Shown here: positions 55,674 through 64,000 of the stretch, in pieces
Numbering within the stretch: the stretch's first letter is position 1
How the letters are laid out: each line of letters opens with the position of its first letter
From: Lama guanicoe
Taxonomy: Eukaryota
Direction: 5' to 3'
Length of the DNA stretch: 64,000 nt
Assembly: GCA_013239625.1 (NCBI GenBank)
Contig: PNXV01000239.1
Location: 62,001-126,000 of the forward strand
Translations under genes and position numbers: made by a program
Notes under the pieces: model-generated
The model's input: only the letters and a program-made list of their open reading frames with translations
Databases searched by the model: none
What the model was told of the DNA's origin: nothing

Positions 55674-58261
55674 GTAAGTACCTTCTCCTTGAGAATTATC
55701 GCCATAGAGAATGTTCCTCCTGCCCAAGAGTTTACAACTGGCACCATGTTTTCACGTGCATTATTTCACTTGGACTCCACAGTAATCCCATGAGGCAGGT
55801 CAAATTACAATGCTCATCTTACAGCTGAGAAGACTAATACTCAGAGAGGGGAGGTGACCTGCCAAAGCTCACCAGTTGCTAAATGTAGGAGACAGGATTT
55901 GAACTGGGTCTGTCCAACATCAAATCCCATGTTCTCTGCCTTTGTGATGTATATAAAACAACCACAGTCACCTAACACCGATTTACTGAGACCTAGTATG
56001 TGCCAGGCACAGCCGTGACAAAAACAGATAAAATCCCTCCACAGAGTTTGCATTCTGTCTGGCAAGACAATAACTTAATAAGAAAGCAAACCTTTGTATG
56101 TTAAGTGATAGGTGCTCTGGAGAAAAATAAAGCAGGGAAGGGCTTAAGAAGTATCATTTTACATAGGGTGGTCAGAGAAGGTGACATCAAAGCAAAGACC
56201 TGGACATCTCCAGTAGCTTGGTCCCCAGTGGCAATTTTTAGTTCTTCCCAGTTTACAGCAGATTGGAAGCAGTAATTTAAAATGTTGACTCTGAAACTTG
56301 TTCCCTGGGAAGTGACAAGAGGTAAGGAGCCAGCAAAGGGAGCCCAGACACTAACTGCAGTGTCATTTGGGGCCCTTTGGTCTTAAGAGCCAATAGCATC
56401 TCAACCCAGTTAGTTCCAGAGCCTCACAGCTGATGGTCCAGTACAATTACTGATGGTTACATGGCATTCATCAGTGGTCTGCGTATTAGTTCCCTGCACT
56501 AGAGTGCAAGCACCGTGAGGGCAAGGCATAGCCCTTCATACGTCCCCTGGACTGAACAGAGGTTCCAGCATTGAGTAGGTCTTCAGCAACGAATTAGTGA
56601 AAAGGCAAATAGGATCCCGGCAGACAGCAGAATGTGTGGCTCTGACAGCCACATACAGAGGCCCACCCTGCCCGGGCAGATGGCCCTGTCAGGGATGCTC
56701 AGACAGGACATCTTGGCCCAAGTCAGGCCCATTCTTCAGCTCCCGTTTTTCCTGGACTCTTTGCCAACACCTACGACATTACATAAGTTCAACTCTAATT
56801 TCAAAATGTCTCACACTAATCTCTCATGAGCACTTGTGAAGTCTCTCAGGAGAAGCCCTTCTGGCCAGCAGGTCCCTAGGGAGTGGGGGCAGCACTGCAT
56901 CTGTCCTCGTCCACCTCAGAACCCCACCAATGCCCTACATACACTCCTGGGCACACACTGGTGGGAAGAGGCAGCCCCCCAAGTTGATCTGCTACCCCAC
57001 AAAGCACTGTGATTCAACAGAAGCAGCAAGAATCCCTCCTTCCCCAGTTCTGGTTCTGGTTCTGTGAGCAAGTTCTGTTTACCCTGCCCTCATCTTTACA
57101 ATGGGAATAGCAGTGCCTCTTCTGCCTCCTGGGTTCTGTGAATGTCTGGATTTTTCCCCACCTGAGTGACCAGGCATGGGGGACACAAGGAGGCCTCAGA
57201 GTTCAGGCAATGCAACTTCCCAGATGCAGTGAACCGCACAAAACTCAGCTGAGCAGTGCAGGGGAGCAGTGGCCTGGGCACATCCCCCAAAGCAGCCTTC
57301 ACAACAGCTGAGGTGACTTACTGACCTACTGACCTGCTGGTGGTGAAAACTGATGAGAAGGCAAGCGGAAGGGCGTGGCAGTGACAGGGAGCAAGGACAG
57401 CTGGCCCCCTTTTCACTCCGCTCCTCCATCAGTCCGGCATACTCAGCCCCGGGCTCAGCCCTGCCTCTGGGTTTTCCTGGCTGCGTTTCTGGGAATTTAC
57501 CAAGGCTGCTGGAGGTGTAGAGGAGGAAGGGGCTCACTCTCTGGGGGATTAGCCCAAAGAAGAGGACGTTTAAACTGGATCTTAAAGGGGCAGTGGTCAC
57601 CATGCGGGAAAGCGGAGGAAGAACTTCGAAGGCGGGGGAAATAGCGCGTGCAGAGACTGCCATAGCAGAGCTGGAGGGGAGACTAGCCGCCAGAGCGTAG
57701 GGTTTGTGGGGAGAAGGGGCAGAAGATTCACCTCGGGAATTTGGCAAGAGACAGATCCTGGGGATCCCTGAATGCCCTATCCCAGTGTTGGAGAGAGAAC
57801 ACTAGTCACCCCAAAAAAGCCAAAAGACCAGGAAGGAACCTGCTGGAATTGGCCCAGCAAGAAGAGTTGAGGTCCTGGGCAAGAGGCAGGGGCAGAGGAG
57901 CCAATGAGGAAGGACAGAGCAGCTGGGAAGGCTTTCAGGGATGGAACTCAAAGCCAAGTCCCTTTGGAGACTTGCAGGAGTAGGGAATGATAACTGTCCA
58001 TGTTTGCAGCAAGGCCCTGTTAGAAGGGCAAAAAAGCCTTTCTTCTTTGGGATTCTTGGTCACCAGAAGCTCCAGAAGCCTGCCTCCTCCTTGACTGCTG
58101 TCACCCCGGTTACTCCCAGTTGGCATGTGAAGGCCTGCACTAAACCCCTGCTGGATGGGCGAGTGGTCAGATGACAGGATGGACAGATCCTGAGCTCAGA
58201 GAGAGCTCTCCTCCTCCCACCAGCTTCTTAGCCAAAGTGAGCCCAGGGAACCTTCCGGTGA

Positions 58262-58474
<213 letters not shown>

Positions 58475-59611
58475 GGTTGGGAGGCCTGGGGCCGGGGCCT
58501 CCCCCATGACGGAACCACACGAAGCAGAGGCGTCTGCTTACGGGAACACTGTCAGCTCTGACTGTGAAGAAGCTGGCGCCACGGCTGGCCTCACAGGACT
58601 GCTCGGATGGCACTCGGTGCACAGGATGGGGGTCACTTGGCACCTGACCTCGCGCCTTATTTGTGGAGCTTTTATTCTTTCACAAAGAAGAGGAATGGAA
58701 ATGACTTCTTCCTTAACATCTGCAAAGGAGGAGCTAGGATATTTGAAACTTTGCAAAAAAAAAAAAAATCCTAGACCAGGAGAAAGTCACTAGAACTCCA
58801 GCTAGAAGTCACTGAGTGGCCCTGAGCAGCCTTGAAAAGAGGCAAGGGGCTTCTGGAGAAACCGCCTCTGCCGCTGCACACACACCGCCGGCTGTGGCCC
58901 CCCAGCCAGCCCTTCTCCCCTCTGGGGAAGGAGGTGGGCAGGCAGCCAGTCCAGCCAGCCCCAGCCTTCCTGGAACAGGGAGTCTGCAGGAAGGGCAGCC
59001 GGCACACCTCTGCAGCGGGCGGCCCGGGAGCTGGGGTACTGAGGGCTGGGGTACCGGAGCAGGCTGACCCGCATGCCTCCCGGTGGGACCTTACTCTCTG
59101 ATAAATGCCACACATTAACACAATAACACCCGTTCCGGGACCATGGGGATTTAGGGCACGTCACTGCAGACATGCTCTGCAGCATTCACCCACAGTTGGT
59201 CATGCACCCACCACGTTGGCCATGCCCTCGTGTTCGTATCAGGTGTTCCCGTAGTGAGGGGGATCACCCGAGCTAATCATGGAATGTCTGTTCCCAGCAA
59301 ACATGATAAAGAAAGATTGTGCACTTTAACCTCTCTCATCAGGGCCCAAGGGCTGGCTGGGGTTGGTTTGTTTTTTTTTTTCCCACTGACTTTATGTCTG
59401 ACCAAAGTGAATCGGGAGCATCTGCTAGAAGACATCCCTGTAGTCATGGGGAGAGAGTTGCTAGCTGAGGGCTTCCCTTAACTTCAGGAAGGCAACCTTC
59501 ATGTGGACAAGCCAGCAAGCTTGGCCCTTGGGGGTCCCGAGGGTGACTGGTCAGCACACTGGTTCTCATTCGTAAGATCACTCTTCTCTTTTAAACAGAC
59601 TCCAAAGAGTA

Positions 59612-59845
59612 CTGGTCTGAGAGTCAGACCTGGGTTCAAGCCCTCGCTCCACTGCTGACTCCCTCCATGTCCTTGGGCAAGTCACTTGTGTCTCTCTGAG
59701 CCTCAGTTTCCCCTCTCTAACAAACTGGGGTTGAAATAATGCCCATCCTGCCTACCTCACGGGGTGGCTCTGAGGATCAAACCTTGATCTCATCCAGGAA
59801 AGCTTTAGAGCAAACAGTGAAGCAGCCCTGACCCGTGAGGTATCA
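59612..59845 (+). mobile_element. MIR SINE within the GABBR2 3' UTR
   Basis: gagtcagacctgggttcaagccc...ccttgggcaagtcactt...ctctgagcctcagtttcc. Confidence 0.8.
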
Positions 59846-60888
59846 GGATGACCACGACATTCAGCCCTTGTGACAGCCAGGGGTATGGGCCAGAGAAGCT
59901 CCCCGTGCAGCCCTCTACCAGGATCAGCCAGGCTGGAGAGAGGCTCTCAATGACCTTGTGACATTTTTAGACAGGTTCAGTCTTAGCTAAAAAAAGACCT
60001 GAATGACAACATCCAGGACGTCTGCACAACTGAGCAGTCACTCACTCTCTAAGGAAACCTAATGGCAGCTTCAACAGGCAGGCAATAATCTCTTCCCAGA
60101 CCACTAAAGTCAGGAATATAGTGCTGTCACCACCAGGGTTTGACAAACGGGCCCGCAGGAATCTTACCATCGCCAACATTTCAAAACACCTTATTTCACA
60201 TAGCATAGCTCTCCCCTCCCCTCCCCTAAAGAGAGGTTACAGAGGTTCTGTAGCTTTTAGGGAAAAAAAAAATGTTAACACATCACAGGTCAAGTTGAAG
60301 TTGTTGTCTATTTAGGCACTAAAAATCGGTGTTGTCACTCACTGTGTATTACCAGTATTTACTTGCTTTCTTGATTTCACCAAAACCAGATTTAATTTAA
60401 AGAACCACATTAATTTTTCAAAAGGAAAGAGACAATTCATTGTACATAATGTATACACACACAAAAACTAATACCTGTAGAAATATTAATCCAGCATAGC
60501 AGGGAAATAAAAAACAAAAGTATTGGACAGTCAGAGGTGAGTGTGTGCGTCCGTGACCCGTTGTGACTCCTGAACATGCACCGTCTTCTAGGTTAACCCA
60601 CAAGGCACATTCTCTGTCTTAATGATACTGTAGGTTCACCCGTTTTGTTTTGTTTTGTTTTGTTTTTAATTTCCCCACAAATAACAAGACCCACAGAAGT
60701 GACTCTAGCTATTTAATGGTTCTGTTCTTTTATATGCAGCAAACACACTGTACTTTTCCGGAGAGGCTTCAGCCTGAAGGCATTTTCCAATGATGTTAGT
60801 GCACAAACGCTTTAAATTAGACTGGAACTGCCAGAATCAAATGTAAATGAGGAATTTCTCGTACCCCTATTGCATGGTATCAATTTTT

Positions 60889-60922
60889 AATAAATTGTTG
60901 CAAATTTGTTTTTATGAATAAA
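60889..60922 (+). terminator. Tandem polyadenylation signals AATAAA (60889-60894 and 60917-60922)
   Basis: Two canonical hexamers in a U-rich context, with upstream TGTA elements (e.g. 60842). Confidence 0.8.
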
Positions 60923-63900
60923 AGGAAAAAAACTGTCATCTTTTAATGCCTACTCTGCCCAAAATGCAGGTCCCATCAGGCCACATTCCTCTGCTTGGAA
61001 ATTCAGTGGGTGGCCTGTGGGTGCCTGCTCAGCATGGCCCCTTCCTTCAGAAACTGCCTTCCTCTGCCTCTGCAGACAGTAACAGACCAGCCCCGTTACC
61101 ACGTGACCCAACTTCTAGCCAGAGGCGATAGATCCAGGGATGGGACCCTGACCTGAGCTGGGCCAGTTAAGTCTCTTCCCCATGTAGAAAAATTTAGCCA
61201 CGAGAGAGAAAAATGAAGCCAACATAGAGAGAAACAGGATCAAGAAGTGAGTCCTGATGGTGTCCAAGCACCAGGTTACCTGTTCTTGAAGGCCAGCAGC
61301 ACCCTGGTCCTTCCCATGCTGGGATGTTCAGAATTTCCTCAGATTCTCAGTTCTCCCAATAAATCGCCCTTTTCTCCTAGGTTACTCCAAGTTCAGTTCC
61401 CAACAACTGCAACCAAAAGGTTCCTGATGAGTCTAGAAGCCTCACTGCCTCCCCAGCCCTGACTCCCCCTCCAGGCCATGTGGCCCCATGCTTCTTCCCA
61501 GCCTCACTGCCCTCTCCCCCTGGACCCTACACTGTCTGAACTTTCTCCATCATGCTGGGTCCTCAGCCTGCAGCTTTATCTCAAATCTACCCCATCCTTC
61601 AAGGTCCCATCCAAGCACCCTCAGATTCCCCCAAATTGAAATCCTCTGGGCCACTGTCCCTCTCTCACCACACTAGGTACACGCTCATGCTGGCCCCTCC
61701 TCTCCACCCCAGACCATGAGCTCCCTGAAGATGGGAGTCACATCTGCTTCTCCAATGTCCCACCCAGCACCAGGCCCTCTCACTAGCTCAGAACAGCCTT
61801 CAACAAAGCTTTTGTAGAACTGAACATTTTGATTGAGGTGTGTTCATATTGGTCGCCAGGCCTGGAAGACAGAGGGAAGGCCTAGGTGGCCAAAGCAGGC
61901 TGGGGTGGCCCGAGGCCATGTGACTGGGTGCGAGCCCAGAAGTGGGGAACTGGACCCACAGACTTCACTAGGAGGCTGGACCCAGGCTGGAGTTTCCTAA
62001 TGCATAGGATCCTCAGTGATGAACCCTGGCTACCTTTTATACAGCCCTCCCATGGGATGCAGGATGTTCAAGGGTGGCAAACAGGTCCAACGAGGAAGAG
62101 GAGGAACTTACCTAAGGTTACCTAGTGAGTCATGGCACAGGCAAGAACAGAACCAGAATCCTGATTGGTCTTCTCCACCTGACCTAGAATCACAGAAATT
62201 CAGAGCTAAGAGAGATCTTAGGTGTCATCTTGTCCAATCCCTCACTTTACAGGTGGTGTGAGTGAGGCCCGGTGACAGGAGCCAAGGTCAAGCAGAAGGT
62301 CCTGAGAGGGCTGGCATGGGAGCCAGATTTCCTGACTTTGAGATCCAGCTCCTTCCTCACACTTGACCCAGAACCACAGGTAGAGCAACCATAGCACAGA
62401 GACACCACGACACAGAGACATTTCTCCACCACCTCAGATCCTTGAGAAATCTTCCTATTTCCCCACTAAATATGGAATCAACTGATGAAAAATGTGGCTT
62501 TTTCTTTTAGCATGTCTGAGAGAAACATCCACAGAGCTGTCATCACCATCCTCAGTAGGGTTCTTCACGCCTTGCTTGGCCTTGGAGCTCGTTTGCGGTT
62601 AAAAAATAAGTCTAAAGAAAAGGCCTCAAGAGCAGCAGGAGATTCACCCGCTCATATAGGGCTCTCTTTGTCCTCCTTTGGTTATGATTGGCTCGTTTCT
62701 AAGGTAAAAATAAGATAGACTATGTCCCTCAAAGAAAAGCATTCTGGAGTTGAAGCCCTTTGAGAAATCTCTGCTTGGGATTTCTCCTCAGCCCACATTG
62801 TAGAGACAACCCTAGGACCTGCTCTGAGGGAAGGTGGGAAGAAGTTTCTAGAAAACAGGGAATCTGGGGCACCAGCCAGAGCCCTGACCTTCCAGGCAGT
62901 TCCCCATGCTCAGCCGTTTCCTCTCCACAAGGAGCTTCCTCTAGAGGTTTAGAAGCCAGTGACAGGGAGAGGAGGTGGTGCTGGGTTAAAGGAAAGCAGA
63001 CCAGGGGTCACTGGCTACTCTGCATGCCCGGCCCATTCCTGCCCCTCCCCTGGCAGTAGGGCCCTGCTTCTTGGGGGAGGAGAGGGACCTAAGGGGAGGG
63101 AATCTGGAGGAACTGCCCTTGCTGTCATCCCTGGACACAGGGATTGGCTCAAGGATATGCCCATTACCTCAGCCCAGCCAATCAGAGCCCTTCCAGGGTT
63201 TCAGCCATCTTTCAGGAGGCATCAAATCTTGCCCTCCACCCAGAGAGATATGAAAAGAGAGGCAATGAGCTCTCGTGACATCATTTGGGCTCATGGCTCA
63301 ATAACCCCTAAAGATACATCTGCCCTTGACCTTCTCAGTTTTAAACTAATACATCCCTTTTTCTGCTCACAGAGTAGGGTTTCTGTCACTTAGAACCAAA
63401 AGAAATCTGTGGGAATCAGGGAATTCCACATGAGGGCTCTTTGTTGTCCAAAACTTTTGAGAATTCTGCCCCTTCCCCTTCCCCTAGCTTTAAGAAGACA
63501 TCAGAGGAATATTCCCCCCTTTCCCACACACACCACTGAGCTGGGAGGGTGGGTAAGGGGCATGCGGGCCTTAGAAGCCTCAGGAAGCTAAAGAAAGGTC
63601 AGTGGGCCAGGTTGCGTGGCCCCAGGAAGGGCTCGATGTCAGTTCCAAGCTCTCTGCCCTTGTCCCCTGCCTATGCCCTACCTCCTCAGCTGGCCACAGC
63701 TTACTTGGCCCTGAGAAGCAGGGTTTGTGAGGTCCTGGGCAGCAAATGATTAACACACTCTTTTGAAAAAAGGATGAGTCCCTACCCCACACCAAAACCC
63801 CTGCCAAGCCCCACAGGCTCACTCAGTCATCCTTGGCCTGAAACTGTGTAGTCCTGGATGGGTCTTGCTTGGACATGACTGTTCACTGCCTGGTTCCTTC

Positions 63901-64000
63901 AGGTCCGACTTCCAGGAGCCCCAAGCCCCAGGGGGACATCCACTGAGCCTGTGCTCTTTGTCAGGGCTCCTGCTGGGCACCAGGGAACAGCAGTGAAAAG

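Larger units (their letters stand above)
58475..60945 (+). other. GABBR2: GABBR2 3' UTR (about 2.4 kb; 3' end approximate)
   Basis: Follows the stop codon, becomes AU-rich distally and ends at tandem AATAAA hexamers, after which repeat-derived sequence resumes. Confidence 0.8.

Noticed and set aside
57196..57747. 183-aa antisense ORF in intron 18
   Set aside because: Low-complexity S/P/L-rich translation of purine-rich, probably L2-derived sequence; no recognisable homology.
60946..64000. A second gene downstream of GABBR2
   Set aside because: Only old LTR-, L2- and MIR-like relics and short ORFs; no recognisable exons.

Overview
Mammalian genomic DNA, most likely a camelid, judged from three tRNA-Ala-derived Vic-1-like SINEs. 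The window holds the 3' part of GABBR2 (GABA-B receptor subunit 2) on the + strand. Seven coding exons (13-19 by human numbering) splice with GT-AG boundaries into one uninterrupted frame from TM4 to the C-terminal ...VMVSGL* stop at 58474. A 3' UTR of about 2.4 kb ends at tandem AATAAA signals near 60.9 kb. The rest is intronic or intergenic DNA rich in old repeats (MIR, L2, L1M, MLT1, MER) plus a few lineage-specific insertions. Almost all ORFs in the six-frame track are spurious. I see no novel multi-gene system. The most interesting features are: (1) a young, sense-oriented, betaretrovirus-like solo LTR with intact TATA and AATAAA, ending 29 nt before exon 14 at the expected branch-point position, which could act as an alternative promoter or an intronic poly(A) site; (2) an internal L1 RT-domain fragment with an 18-bp TSD but no poly(A) tail; (3) an inverted repeat of about 70 bp in intron 12 with a perfect 28-bp core carrying a nuclear-receptor motif. 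Repeat family names are from recall, not from a RepeatMasker run, and the boundaries of old repeats are approximate.
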